A DNA stretch of 63,112 nucleotides, filler included, from Licmophora abbreviata (Eukaryota): assembly GCA_900291995.1 (NCBI GenBank). It is 15 parts of 15 records of this genome, joined end to end, with 100 filler letters (N's around TTAATTAATTAA, not from the genome) between each part and the next. Parts side by side here need not be neighbours in the genome. Positions count along the whole stretch, not along the records: positions 1 to 14,722 come from OLMU01005796.1; positions 14,823 to 18,300 come from OLMU01005798.1; positions 18,401 to 22,669 come from OLMU01005799.1; positions 22,770 to 26,483 come from OLMU01005800.1; 11 more parts are not named here. One strand, given 5' to 3'. Below, one piece after another: positions 12,015 through 25,464 of the stretch. Below the pieces are notes generated by a model that was given only the letters and a program-made list of their open reading frames with translations, made no database searches and was not told where the DNA came from. A program made the position numbers and the translations under genes. Each line of letters opens with the position of its first letter. Position 1 is the stretch's first letter.

Positions 12015-12677
12015 AGCAATGAGAGAATCAAACTACTGAAACCTTCACCACGCGTCGCCTGTAGAGAGTCCGTAGTGAAGTGCAGGTCCTAGAGCTACCA
12101 GCAAAATTCTTGTCTGACAAAGACAAACTTCGAGAGCGCAATGGGGGGGTCCAGCGCAACTTGGTGACAAAGTTTGCGACTTTCCTATTTTCGATGGATG
12201 ACCGAGACCGCAAATCTGTTGGGTCTGATGGCTGCTTCCACTTCGGTACAAACTCGCGTGCAACCTACAGAGTGTGGAGAGCCGGGCGGCACTTTTCCGG
12301 GCGTTGAATTTTGGCCGAGCTCGACATCACTCTCTCCAAAAAATGGGCTGAGGTACCGGTACAAGTTCAAGGTCGACATTGGCGCTATAGACGTATGATA
12401 CTACGGTATCTGCTGAGAGCTTCATACTGTTGTGTGACTGCGGCTACAGTCGTCATTCGCTCTAGACTGGTCGGAGTGCCGATGTATGGAATATACACAG
12501 CATCATGTTGAGTGTGCGTGCTGGACGGCTGCCTCTCGTTTTTCAATTTTTAATCCAACATGCGGTGCACATACATCCAGATCTGGGGTTACCAGAAAGT
12601 CGCGTGGGAAATTCGCATAGAAAACAATCTACCAGGTTGCACTTACAGGAGGCGGGGCTACTAGAGTTTGAACTACT

Positions 12678-13550
12678 ATGACAAGCCAAAGAACGCGGAG
12701 CGGGAGACATCCTTTCTGTGCGGACTCGCTTGCCATCACTCCGGAGCAGATGGCTACATCCCTTGTCACACCGCCATTGACTGATACGATCTCGCCTCCT
12801 AAAGACTCGCTCGTGAACTTGTATCGAGTTTTCGTATTCATCTTTGCTCAAAATCCTCTCTACCAACAGCAGTGGTAGCCTTTTGAAACTGTCTTGGCCA
12901 TGATCAATCGTCTGGCGGGGATGCCACGGACGCAATCACGGAAGCCGAAGAAGGACTACAACACGAGAAGTCTAGTAGACTGCTTTAAGAAAATGATTGG
13001 CGATGACTCTACATCTATGCCATCGGGTGAGACAGAGAGGACTGTATTTGTGAGCAAGACTCGAAATCGAGCGACGCAGACTGGTTGGTCGTCTTATGTG
13101 TACCTCGACAAGCGCTGCTCTCCGAAAGCAGTTCCGTTGGCGCAATCCGGAGCGTGGGTATCAGATGTGCGATCCAAAAATATGGAGTTGAAGACGATCG
13201 CAGAACGAGAAGTCTTCGAGACTACCAGCTTTTGGATATCAAAGGAAGCTGAGAGACTCTTTTGTCCCAAGGAAAATGAGACTGCGCAAGAGGCCGCCTT
13301 CATAGAGTTCAAGATGCTAAGGGAGACTACGAGCGACATTGGCAAACTGACAGATCTCACAATGATTCAACAGGAAAAGTATGAGCCCGGCGGCCAAGGC
13401 GAAACAGTAGGTATAAAGGAGAGGAGGACTCATGAGAGGAGGACTCATGATCTGAAGGAAAGTGGCAAGCCGGCTCCTTACAAAATCAAGGAGGAGAAGA
13501 GGGAGTACAAGCTGCGTCGAGTTGTGGCTGATATACATTCTAAGAAGTAG
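12678..13550 (+). pseudogene. Decayed ORF of unknown (possibly transposon-derived) origin
   Basis: ORFs 12678-12878 and 12894-13550 share one frame, separated only by TAG at 12876-12878. Contains a 15-nt tandem duplication at 13419-13448 (ERRTH x2). Confidence 0.3.
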
Positions 13551-13882
13551 GACTTGGAAGATCGAGGCGGATTGTGCCATCTGCGAAAAGTGTAGACCCC
13601 TGATGGTTGTGCCATGTAGTGCGGCATCGATGCAGACCTACCGGTACGACAGTAAGACATGATCAGAATACAATTCAATCGTAAGTGAGCGAGCGGCCTT
13701 ATCTGATTCGAACTTGGTGTTCATGTTCCGATTGTACCGGTACCTGAATGAATCGCCAGTATCGTAGCGCTTATTTCTAGCTAGAACCAGGCGACCCGAT
13801 CAGCAGTGCAATTTGTAGCGATAGAACAGCAGATCATGAAGATACTACTTGTCTCATAAAATATGAAATACAATCATAAGTT

Positions 13883-14722
13883 CTACCCTCCCAACCCTTT
13901 TGCCTCTGTGTTTACCTTTCCCATGGAGCTAAGCGATTTGCGTCCCCGCGATTGAAGCGTTTGCTTTCTGTCATCATGACCAACTCCTCTCAACTCTTCG
14001 GTTTCCAACATGGCTAGCTTGCTTCGAAAGCTGTGCCGCAAGTACTGCGCCGTGTCCTTAGCACTAAGACTTCGTTGCTGGAAGATAGCCCGACGATCTG
14101 GTGAGCGCGGACTCGTACGAAAGCTCTTGTTGCTTGGAGACTTCCGAAAGCTGCTGTTTGGAGACCTCCGAAAACTGCCATTTGGTGTTCGTGGTGTTGG
14201 TTTCTTGGACCACTCCTTGCGCATATCATCCATATCTTGTTCCAGTTTGAGTTTCATTTCCTCCACCTCTGCCTCCACATCTGCTTGTATCGTACGTCGG
14301 GACTGTTCGCGGCTGGCCGTCGAATCATGAACCACCGTATCTGTCTTCTGCGGGTAATACTGGTGCATTGAGGGCGGACAATGCTGCTCCTGCACATCGA
14401 AAGCTGTGGCACTTTCGGTAGAGAGGCCAGTCGTAAAGGCACCCAGGAATGACGACAGAGTTGTATTCGTAGTAGTAGCTGCCTTGTTGTTCTGCTTCTT
14501 TTGGGAAGACAAGTCCACGCGAGGAATCTCCTTGGACGAGACTCTAGGACCAGTAGGAGTATCGCCTATGCTCACAGTATGGCGAGGCCGGCCGTCAGTG
14601 CGCACAGGAGGACGAGGCAAAGCAGACGTAGCAGTAGGAGACGCAGGCGAAGCCTCCACTACTTCTTCTTCATTGAGATGGAGCAAGGTCTTCCAAAATG
14701 ATTGTGCTGGCGGTCGTTGTTG
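13883..14722 (-). CDS. Hypothetical low-complexity protein, 5'-truncated at contig end
   Basis: Frame open from the gap (QQRPPAQSFWKTLLHLNEEE...) to the stop at 13883; short coiled coil and SFRxSP repeats. Confidence 0.6.
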   Translation of the reverse strand, partial: QQRPPAQSFWKTLLHLNEEEVVEASPASPTATSALPRPPVRTDGRPRHTVSIGDTPTGPRVSSKEIPRVDLSSQKKQNNKAATTTNTTLSSFLGAFTTGLSTESATAFDVQEQHCPPSMHQYYPQKTDTVVHDSTASREQSRRTIQADVEAEVEEMKLKLEQDMDDMRKEWSKKPTPRTPNGSFRRSPNSSFRKSPSNKSFRTSPRSPDRRAIFQQRSLSAKDTAQYLRHSFRSKLAMLETEELRGVGHDDRKQTLQSRGRKSLSSMGKVNTEAKGLGG

Positions 14723-14822
14723 NNNNNNNNNNNNNNNNNNNNNNNNNNNNNNNNNNNNNNNNNNNNTTAATTAATTAANNNNNNNNNNNNNNNNNNNNNN
14801 NNNNNNNNNNNNNNNNNNNNNN
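14723..14822. other. Artificial contig linker (44 N + TTAATTAATTAA + 44 N); also at 18301, 22670, 26484, 35216, 43383, 50177, 51527, 52628, 54842, 55967, 58069, 59460 and 61195
   Basis: The same 100-nt spacer, with stops in all six frames, occurs 14 times. Confidence 0.99.
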
Positions 14823-15020
14823 GACGAGAAAGAAAAAAGAGTGCACGACCAAGAAGTGTTCGCGAAAGAGAGTTGAAGGAAAGACCTAGAAGTCTGGGGG
14901 TGTCGGTTAGAAAGTCCCCTGAATGCCAATCTGAGGAAGCTTGGAGTGAGAAAGAGCTCCAGTGAACGAGAAAGTCGAAACGCGAATTTCCACCAAACTT
15001 CCGAAATCTGGGAAAAAAAT

Positions 15021-17589
15021 ATGAGCAGTTCTCGTGAGCACTCGAGCCCAGAGGCTCATGAACAAGAGAAGAAGCAGTCTTCCCACGGAAGTATTCAGGA
15101 AACCAACAATACTAGAACTGCTGTCGTCAATGGCACCGGCGAGTCCCTGTCACTACTTCGGAGCAAGCAGCATCCCAAGGAACTTCCGCCATCCTTTACT
15201 GCTCGTATCTGGTCCACTTCGAACGACTGGAAGGGCAAAACCCCCGAGCTCACTTCCAATAGATGCTTTCGAGCACTACACGACCTCTTTCACTATACCG
15301 ACGAACATGACCAGAACCCTTTACTCGCTCTCGCCGCAGAATCTAGTTCCCATCCCTCTGGGCTACTGACTCTCTTTGCCCAGCCCTACGTTTATGCAGG
15401 CGGCGGGCTGGGCAATGTGAACGAGTGTCCTCGAGAAATGATGCAGAGCTGTCTGGCGGGAGGCAATAAGAGAGATTCACTGACCTTTGCGTCAGTCTGC
15501 ATCGTGCCGGAGTGTACGGCACTGGATCTGGCAAGTCCTGACTTTGTGGGAGTATTGGAGCTTGCCTCGGGCATACCCGAAACGCGCAGTGCCGTTGGGA
15601 CTTCCTACGTGCAACTGCACACGACTATTGCGGAACTCAACAAGTTTCTGAAAACGGGATGGACATGCGGCGAGTTTCATGTTCAGTGGAAGCCGTTTCC
15701 GTTTGGACTGCCCTATCTAATGCTACTGTGTGCTGTGACTGGCCTGAGTCTTATTGCAAGCTGTGGACTCAACCGGAAGCGGCGTGCTGCTGCTGGGAGA
15801 AGAGTGAAAAACGGCTCGCGTTTGCCTGTACCACAGCAACAACTGCGATTGCAACAAGAAGAATACTTTAATGACCACGAGGAAGAAAAGAAGGATCAGA
15901 GCGCACCATCCACCTACAATGGTCCCATAGCACCGAACGACACGGAAGACAGCCAGCGCAAGGAAAAGGCATCACTTCTGCAGGCATGGAATGTCCCCAC
16001 GCACCTCAAGAGACTGACTCGGCACCGGGCAGATACGGCTGCGTTGGACGGACTGCGCGTCATGAGCATATTGTGGGTGATTCTGGGACATGTCATGGCC
16101 ATCCAGTCGTCGGTACGAACTCTGCTATTTGATGGATGGCGAACATCGCGCCTCTATGATAGCTTACTAGCTAACTCTTCTTTGCTCAATCAATTTGTCT
16201 GTGTAGAGCGGTGGTGGATACAATAACCCGAGAGATTTTCTGCCGCCTCACGGCCTCACCACAAAGCTGGGCGGACAGCTCCTCTTTGCATCTCGTTTTG
16301 CTGTCGACACCTTTCTGGTCCTGAGTGGCTACCTCGTGGTGTGCGTCCTATTGGCAAAAATGCCGACCGCTCCGAGTGATATATCGGGAAGCCTTTGGTT
16401 TGTACAAAATTACTTCCACAATATTCCTGGCTTGCTGTTGCATCGCATCTTGCGGATCATGCCCCTCTATGCCATGACGCTTGGGTTCTGGACGCAGGTA
16501 GCGCCATTTTTAGGCAGCGGGCCTTTCTGGTATCAGTGGGAGCCTTTGCTGGAGTCCTGTCGCGAGTACGGATGGACAAACCTGCTGTTTGTCAACAACT
16601 TCTTTCCGTGGAACTTGGCCAATACAGAAACTTGTTTCTATCATTCCTGGTATCTCGCTGTGGACGTGCAGTTGTTTGTTCTGGCACCACTCCTAGTTGG
16701 TTGGTACCGACAGTCCCGAGCAAATGGACAGATGGCGACGGGGATTCTGCTGTTCCTATCAGTTGCAATGACAGTGTATCTCTCGTTTGCACGAAAATGG
16801 AGTTTGAATACCTTTGATGGAGCATCTGTCGCCCGATTCGATGTGGAGGGCTACGCCAAACCTCATGTGCGCGCTCAGTCTTACCTGTCCGGCATGCTTC
16901 TTGCAATGTGGATGAATTCTTCATCGTGCTCTAGAAGATGCTCACAGACGCCTACTTGGAAGCATAGGATGGCCATGGTGTTTGCGCTTGCGTCGTTGGC
17001 CTTTGTTACATTCTGTACTGTCACAGGTGCGTACAGTCGCCGGCCGTGTCGCTACGTGGAATGGCCCTTTCTAGACGAGTGTGGGAGCACGTGGAGTACA
17101 ACCGCCACATTCTTATATACTGGGATAAGCCGCGCTGTCTGGGCGCTGGGGATTGTTGTCATCATGATTTTGTGCCTGAATCAACAAGGTGGTTTGGTTG
17201 GTGATTTTTTGTCGTGGAAAGGATGGACGCCTTTGAGCAATCTTAGCTTTGGAGCATATCTGGTGCATCCAATTGTAATCTTTGTGTGGCAGTTGGGAAA
17301 TACACAGAAAGAGACATTCCGATTGCTCGCGTTCGGAATGAATTATGTTTCCGTGTGTGTAGTGAGCTTCGCTGCATCTTTATTGTTGTCTCTGCTGATA
17401 GAGCTGCCTTGCGCAACTCTAGTGAGACAGTACGGCAGACGCCTCTTCTCCAGGTGTTGGAAATCAGAGAAAGCTGCTAGGAACATGGAGGAGGATCTCA
17501 TCCAGCTCCTATCGAACAACAAGACTGCAGTTGAGACCCCGGAAACTTCGTACCAGTACGGCTCTGTAGGAGCAGAATCTAATAGATGA
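15021..17589 (+). CDS. NRF-6/OACYL-type membrane O-acyltransferase (Acyl_transf_3); intron 16113-16206
   Basis: Cys-containing NRF-like luminal part (CIVPECTALDL), LDGLRVMSILWVILGH, AVDTFLVLSGYL, HSWYLAVDVQLF, PLSNLSFGAYLVHP and IELP; multiple TM helices. Start codon uncertain. Confidence 0.88.
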
Positions 17590-17730
17590 TTGAGGGACAG
17601 GCCACATGAGCGCATATTCATAGAGTTGGAAGGACCAAGGCTAACAAGCTAGGAAAACATGTTGACACCCTAGATTGCCAGGTTAGAGATACTCGTATCC
17701 CTCAAAATTTTCCAGTAAGCCTGTCCCAAT

Positions 17731-20700
17731 TTATCGTGTTGTTGGAGGACGTCTTGCCCTAACGATACGACGACCCCGAACGCTCTTTGAGCCACCGCCT
17801 GTCCCGATCGAAAATCCTCCAGGAGTCTGAGCCTGCAACGGAGCTGCGTTGGGCATCACAGCGCCAAAACCACCAGGAGTGGCAGACGGCTGTGCGGCAC
17901 CGAACGGAAACCCACCTGGGGCCGGAGTGGAACCGGCGGGCGTAGTTGCCCCAAAAGCGAAAGAGCTAGAAGAGGCTGAAGGAGCGACAGAAGCTGGGGC
18001 CCCAAACATGGCACCCTGCGCGGGGCCAGTAGCGCCATTTCCCGCGAAGAAGCCGGACTGACCGAAACCGGCAGGAGCGGCTTCTTGTCCACCAAACGAT
18101 GGAGCAGCCGAAACCGCACCAAACGCTGGTGCGGTCGGAGCAATTCCTGGCATACCGGTACCGGTCGGAGCTGTCGACGGCGTCGACCCGAACGCCGGGG
18201 CTGTCGGCGCGCCAAAAGTCATAGCTGTAGCTGGATCGGCCACCCCAAACACCGGGGTCGCAGTGGCGGGTGCTGAAGCGAATGCGGGGACGGCCGGTGC
18301 NNNNNNNNNNNNNNNNNNNNNNNNNNNNNNNNNNNNNNNNNNNNTTAATTAATTAANNNNNNNNNNNNNNNNNNNNNNNNNNNNNNNNNNNNNNNNNNNN
18401 GGCCGGTGCAGCCGAGTCGGGAGCAGGTGTCGTCGCCGGAGCACTACCAAAAGGATTTGCGAATCCACTTGTGCCTGTGGTAGGTGGTCCGTTATTAGCT
18501 GTTGCTCCGAACACAAATGGTGCTGCTGGCGCAGGAGTACTCGTCATGTCTGTTGACGCCCCTAGCTGACCAGTCGCAAAGGGAGCAGGCGCGGCCTTAG
18601 AATCGCTCGATTGGCCGAACGTGAAAGCTGGAGCAGGCACAGACTGTGGGGGTGCGACAGAAGAGTCCTCTTTCTTTTCAGTTCCCGGGCCAGAGGTGAG
18701 CGGCAGGTTCGAGGTAGAAGGCGCACTTGTAGCTTCCACGCTCGGCCCTTGAAACGAGAAAGCCGGTCCAGTCGTACCAGGTGCTTTGCTTTCCTGCGGC
18801 ACGGCAGGGGCCCCAAACAAACCCGATGAGGCAGTGGCTCCAACGCCCGTGCCCGCGGAACCGGAGCCAACAGCAAGCGCAGGAGTCCTGGGCGCTGGAG
18901 CAGGTGCCGACACAGCGATAGGGGCGGCACTCGCTTCTCCATCCGCGGGACCTCGACGCTTCTTCTTGTTGCTCCCCTCCTCTTTTGGAAGTGTAACCTT
19001 CGACGAGCTACCAGCTGGCGAGAATGTGAACGCAGGGGCTGATGCTCCGACCGCAGCTGAATCTCCGCCACTTTGAGCAGCCGAAATAGCATGGTCACCC
19101 GTGGGACCCAGCGCACTCGCCTTTTCCTCTAGTGGTGGCTTCTGAACACCAAACGTCACGGCTGGTGCTGAAGCCCCAGATTTGGCAAACGGTCCCGAAA
19201 GAGGCTTCGAATCACCAGCCGGCTTTGGCGTCTCTGGAGGAGCAAACGCAAAAGGAGTCTTGGGCGCAGCTTTCTTCGGTTCATCATTCCGCGTCGGGGT
19301 GGCATTGGCAAATGGGACCGACGCCTCTGGAGCTGTAGGAGCAAATGGTGTCTTGGGCGCAGGCTCTTTCTTTTCACTCCCATCTTTTGGTGGAGTCATA
19401 TTAGAAAATGAAACAGCCTTGGTGGTAGGGGCAGAATCCTTCTTGTTTTCATCATCTGTCTTCTGCCCGAAGCTGAATCCGACAGATTTGCCATTGGCCT
19501 TCGGTGCACCCCCGAATTGAAATCCTCCAGTCCCGCCGCCACCAGTCGCCGGTGCACCAGCAAAGCTGAACCCCGAGCTCTTGCCATCATCAGTCTTCGG
19601 CGCAGTTCCAAACTGTGTATCCCCGAAAGAAAAGCCCCCTCCCTTGCTACTCGCCGTAGTGTTGGACCCCGAAGTGGCTGCGCCCACAAAGGAGAAGCCT
19701 GTTGAACCAATGGCACCAACACCACCACTGCTGCTGTTTTTCGACTCAGCATCAGCCTCGTCCGCAACCACAATCTTTACAATCTTTGCTGGCTGGTCAG
19801 TATTCCCGCACTTTTTGCAAGAATCAGCTTTTTCCTCGTTCAGTGTGTCACACTTGGGACACTTCCACGCCTCGCACGAGTAGCATCTCACTTCTGAATT
19901 CGGGTTATACGTAAAACAGAAAGGACAGTTCCACTCAACTTCTCGCTTCTTCATGAGGGTGGCCACAGCTGTCCCTCCCCATCCTTCAGAGTTCACTCGT
20001 ATTCTCGACTTGTCCGTGATCATTTCTGACGCAGCAGCCTCATCAAGTTCGAAGTCCCCTACATCATCATCATCATCTTCCTCCTCCCCCCGCTCTTCAT
20101 ACTCCCGAGGCTCCATGTAGAACTCACTCTCCGGCAGGGCGTCTCGCCCTAGTTCTTCCAGCTGCTGAACTGGTGGAAACGGAAGAGAGATGGAATGCGT
20201 ACTGACCATTGTGACTTGGCGAGACACCAGATCTACGGAGGGGTCGTCGGAAACTTGGTAGGGCCCTTGCGCCGGATAGTCGCGCGACGGCGGTGGTCTG
20301 GGATAGACATGGGGTGGCATCGCGGACGGAGGCATGGGAGTTCCCTGCCGACCCCGCGCGGACGTGCGACTTACGTGGGGAGTATGCGACTGATCGAACT
20401 GAACAGTCTTGCTCTTCTTGTTTGCCTGTTCCGGCGTCGAGCCTCTAGCAGTAGCAAGAGCAGGGATAGAGGTAGAGACGGATGCAAGGCGACTGCCGGT
20501 CTGATTGGTTCCCAACTGACGGTTGCCAACGCGAACGGAATCAAACGTCCGTGAATCTTGTGTTAGCAAGCGATGGGTCGGTCCCGTCGTGAGCGCTTCT
20601 TGTGCATCGAGCGATTGCTGAATACGTCGCACGATGGATGCCGCCTTACCATCCCGTTGTGCCTCTCGACGAGAATGTCTCCGATGAACGGCCAGGTGCG

Positions 20701-21214
20701 ATTGAGGACGGAAATGGGTGCGGCGCAGAGGAGCAGGAGCCAAGGCAGAGGAAGAAGGACCAGCTGGGAGCGAAAAGGAGGGAGCTGCTTTCCAAGGAGA
20801 CTTTCTGGTAGTCTTGGCGCCGTTGGCGGTCGGCTGACGAGGCACCGGCGACAGTCCAGATGTCATGCGAGTAGCAAGAGGTACCGGAGCAGTAGCAGTC
20901 TCGGGCACCGCCGCGGCCGTACCGATGGACGCCGCGCTCTCACGCGAAGGGAGATGGCCATTGACTGTCGTAGCGTCCTCACTCTCCGCCACAGGAGAGG
21001 CGAAGGGCGGTGAAGTCGTCTGAAACGAGTCAACCAGCCGAGACACGGAGGGACTCGTGCTGCTCCCCGTAGAGTCCCTACCAGAGTCTACGCGACGCTT
21101 TTTGACCGTGCTCCAGGGATTGAAACTGTTGAAAAAGCCCCACGCCGATCCTTCTGCCTCTTCTTCGTCCCGCGAGATTTCATCCGCTTTGCGTCTACGA
21201 GTGGGCTGTGACAT
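17731..21214 (-). CDS. FG-repeat nucleoporin with RanBP2-type zinc fingers (Nup153/Nup1-like), split by linker 18301-18400
   Basis: Zinc fingers WNCPFCFTYN...CYSC and WKCPKCDTLN...CKKC; many FSFG/FTFG/FG repeats; basic C-terminus GRRIVRARRP. The contig ends share GGCCGGTGC and merge in frame. Confidence 0.85.
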
Positions 21215-21592
21215 GGTAGACTACAGGAACGACACACAAGGAAACGGAGTGACAGAGCAATGAAAGAGATCCACAGAGCAAAGGTGATCGACATTGTTTG
21301 TGTGGCAGCGGTGCGCACTGACGCCAACGGTTTCAGGAATCTCGTCACGGACGGGGACCACCATCTCAGATAACACAGCCACACAGCCTTTCAGACAAAT
21401 GTGAGATTATATATGTACACTATTCGGATATTACATAAGTATATACTACGTGCGAACACCAAATTGTCCGTTGCTGTTCAAAGAGTCGTTGGCGCCAAAA
21501 CTCGCCTCCGCCAAAAATCACATCATCGCTTTTTCATCCGACACATCACACACACAAGCTTGTGTGTGTTTACACCAAAACCTCTGCCCAAG

Positions 21593-24500
21593 ATGGGATC
21601 TCATCCCAGCAAAGAACATCCCCCTGATGGCAATCGCCACCAGCTGCAGCTCCAGTCTCACCAGCTTCACCAGATTCATCAGCAGGCGCCTCAACGAAAA
21701 CCGCAGCAGCGCCGACTCACCCCTCACCCGTTTCGCCCACCCAATGGCACGTCTCGTCTGTACTCACACGCCGTCCGCGAGTCCAATAAGCCCACCACCA
21801 CGTCGGAGTTTCACCTCGTCTCTCCCCTCAGCGACCTCTCCGATCCCTCCTTTCGTCGTCTCGACTTGCCTACACAAACTCCGAACGAAACCACCGCCCG
21901 GCGGATTCTACTCTTGGAGAATGCACCGCCTCCTCCCATCTACCGACCGCCTGCTCTAGTAGAACGTGGTAGCAAGAAGAAAAGAAAGAGCAAGAAACTC
22001 AAAAAGGCCATCCAGCAGGCGTGGAAGGAGAGCAAACAGCGCGTTCGTCAACGGACAACGAATCGTCGCACTTCAGAGCTGCAGCCGAACGGTCGTGAAG
22101 AAAAAGCACAACGTCTCATGCATAAGCAACAGTTGGCGTTGCAGTCGAAGATACAAAAGAATCAGAAACATGGAAAGGAAGCGGATGGGTCGCCGAAGCG
22201 AGAAGGCAAAGTCAAAGTCTTGTTCAAGGGACTCGTCCACGACATCAAGGAGGGGGTGAGTCGTGCGCACGAGATTGATCGCGCAGCCAGGACAGCGCAT
22301 GAAACCAATGCAGCAAAGAAGAAAGCCGCAGTGCAGGACGCTGATCAAGGGAAGCAGGAGGCTTTGGAGGTGATGCACGCGAAACCAGTTCCGAGTAGAA
22401 GTCAGTTCAAGGCCGAGACGGCAGCCAAGTCGGACATGGCAGTTCGGGACATTAGTGCCATGCTCACGGCAACACCAACGTCCTATTTGTACGATGCAGA
22501 CGAACCGACGCCACTCCAGACGCTAGATGCGGCGTTTGCTGCCACGATGCACCAAGAAGACGAATATTTCAATCGACTGGCGCTGGTATTTGCCCAGTCT
22601 CCCTTTGTGAATCCGAGCAAGTATGCAAAAGCTGCGAGTCTGTTGAATGGCGACATGAAATCGTATGATNNNNNNNNNNNNNNNNNNNNNNNNNNNNNNN
22701 NNNNNNNNNNNNNTTAATTAATTAANNNNNNNNNNNNNNNNNNNNNNNNNNNNNNNNNNNNNNNNNNNNGAATATCAAGACATCTGCTGATCAGCCACCA
22801 CCCCAACCCATCATGACCTCGAGAATGCGACGCAGCTCGGTTGCCGTCGAGACCGTTCATAGTATGGCCGAGCCAAAGATGCAATGTCGTAAGTCCACTG
22901 TGTCCATGCAATCGACTCGAAGCGACGACGCAAAGACAATGGGAGCAACCGCGAATGTAGAACCCCGCCGTGTGTCCGAACCAGCTCCAACGTCGATTCC
23001 AGAGGTCAAGACGAACAAGACTGCTCCCGCGGTGGAAGCGCGTCGTGTCTCAGGAGAATCTAACAAGACGGCTACTACCTCCCGATCGATATTGCTTGCC
23101 GTTGTAACAAGCGCGGAGAAGCGTCGTATCTCCAAAGATCTTGAAGACTCCAAGTCCTCCCACAAGTTCCACGCAGGAGTAAACAAGAAGGACGAGAAAC
23201 TCGAGAAACAGGAGCTCATGGGAGCGTCTGCGAATCCCATCGAAACTAGCAGCGCAAACATCACGAAACACTCACAGAAGCATGAGATTGGCGATGGTTC
23301 CAGGTCTAATGGACAGAAGAAAGGCCCGAGACTTGCTGATATGCTTGCTGGTACAAAGGTACGAATTCCGTTCAAGCCAACTGCGATCGGCTCCAGTGTC
23401 TCAATTGGGAATGCACAAAGCTTTGACAGTGAAGATATGACGCTTCGCGTAACAGAGTCGGCCCCCAGTGTACTGGAAACAAGCGACTATCGAAGCATTG
23501 CGTTGTCAAAAGAGAACATGCACGCTCCCGACATGTCTAGACCAAGCAGTTTGGCGAATCTAAGCTCGACAAAGAATGATGACGCGCCGCCGATGAGTCC
23601 TGCCTACTCCATCAGCTCTGCCGTCAGTCAATCGCCTGCTGTGCCCTTGGTGTCGAACCAAGCGTGGTCGAACGCAGGGTTTCTCTTTTCTCCTAGCTAC
23701 ACTGGTGGTCAGCCTCATCTAATCCGTCATGCCGAACCTCCGAGGCGGGACTCACATGCTTATACCATTTCAACCGCCGAGTCGCGAAGCCGACTTTCTG
23801 TCGCTTCTTCGCGCTCTCTTCCTGCGTTTCACATTCCTGCCAGCCGTGCAGTTGACTCGCAAATGTTGATCAAAAACTCATATGATCAAGATGACTACAT
23901 GTCAGGAACGCATCGTATTTCCAAAGATAGCAAAGACGAGAAGCACGTTCGTTTCTCCGATATGAATGAAATGGCCGAAGGAAGTAGCCAGCCTGTCATC
24001 GAGACTATTGTTTATCCTGATATTGAGAGCAAATTGTCTGACTTGACGGATGCCACTAGTGTCGTCTCACATGATGTCGAAACATTGGCGAGTGTGCGCG
24101 AGGAGAATGAAGAAGAAACCGTTTCGATTGTGTCTGAGTCAACGGGCATCGTATCGGAGGGTCACTGGACGTACCGCGATGTCAATGGGACGCTCGTTGC
24201 CGCTACTCCAATGGTTGCCAATAAGAGAAGCACGAACGATGTTGGGCTGAGACTCGCGACCACTAAGTCTCCCATGCTTCGCTTTCAAGCAGCGAAGGCC
24301 AAGTTTGCAAAGCCTAACAAGAAAAAGAGTCCCGCTCGGAAGACACCCCCGAAGAAGTTCTCCAAGCGAAACTCAAGCGCTAGTGGAGTTGTCTCCAATC
24401 GCATTACCGAGATCAACGGACGGCTTCGAAGCGGTCGTCCGCTGGCGCATAAGAATCTCCGTCGTGACACCGGCGCAGAGGATGCTATCGCACCTCGTAA

Positions 24501-25464
24501 GCCTATTCTCGTCAACCCTTTGTTCCGGGAAGCAGAAACTAACCAGCGGTCCACAGTAGTTGAGGTTGAGACGAGTTTGTCAGAGCTGACCTTCAACGAA
24601 AATCGGAAATTGCCGCCAACCTCGTCGAACGCAGCAAAACTTTCCACAAAAATGTCTGTCCCGTTTGACAAGTCTACCATGATCGAGTCAGACCGACTAG
24701 CCGAGAAACAAAATCAGAATATTATGGAACCAAACACTGCCCCATTTGACGAGACGGTGAATATCGAACTGCAAGACAATGACGATGACTCAGTATCTGT
24801 TGCCTCGACCGAGAGTGAAGACATCTTTGATGCATTGATGAAGACGGTTGAGCAGCCTCTCCTAGGCCAGATGGATAACGAAAGTGACGGGGAGGAAGAA
24901 GATATTTTTGCAGCTGTCATGAACGGGCGCCCATCGGTCGGCTCATCAAGCACAAGTCTCTCTTCCATCCAAGGCCGAAAGTTGTCGCTGAGTGGAGTCT
25001 CCCGCCCCTCATCGATTGGTTACTCCGTGGATCACACTGTTAGTGTCATCTCTCACTCATCAACCGATGATGATGAGGAGGAGGCGTCTGAAGCACCCAG
25101 TGTCCGAACGATGGTACGTCGCCAAACGACGAGCACGACCCCAAGTCGTAGGTCGTTTCGGTCCTTTCTGTCCAAGGCCTCTTCGGTCCCCACTGTTGCC
25201 ACCGACAAGGAAAACAGTACGAGCTACCTACCGTTCGCGAACAAGAAGAATCATGTGAACCCTTGCGAGCAGCGACACCATGCGGCCACATCCCGAGGTT
25301 CGCTCTGCCTGTCCCCAGTCCAACGGACCCAATTACAAGCCCGGAAATGGCGAGATCTAGCTGCTGCGGCGAAGGAAAAGGACCGTCAGCAGCAAAAGAC
25401 GAAGCGAGGAGGAGGAGGTTTGCGCGTGCGCAACACCAATACCGGTGGTCAGTTTGCTCATTAA
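21593..25464 (+). CDS. Large disordered hypothetical protein, probably one gene spanning linker 22670-22769
   Basis: ORF from MGSHPSKEH (possible myristoylation) open to the gap, then an 883-aa Ser-rich ORF on the same strand ending ...LSPVQRTQLQARKWRDLAAAA.... The join is inferred. Confidence 0.6.
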
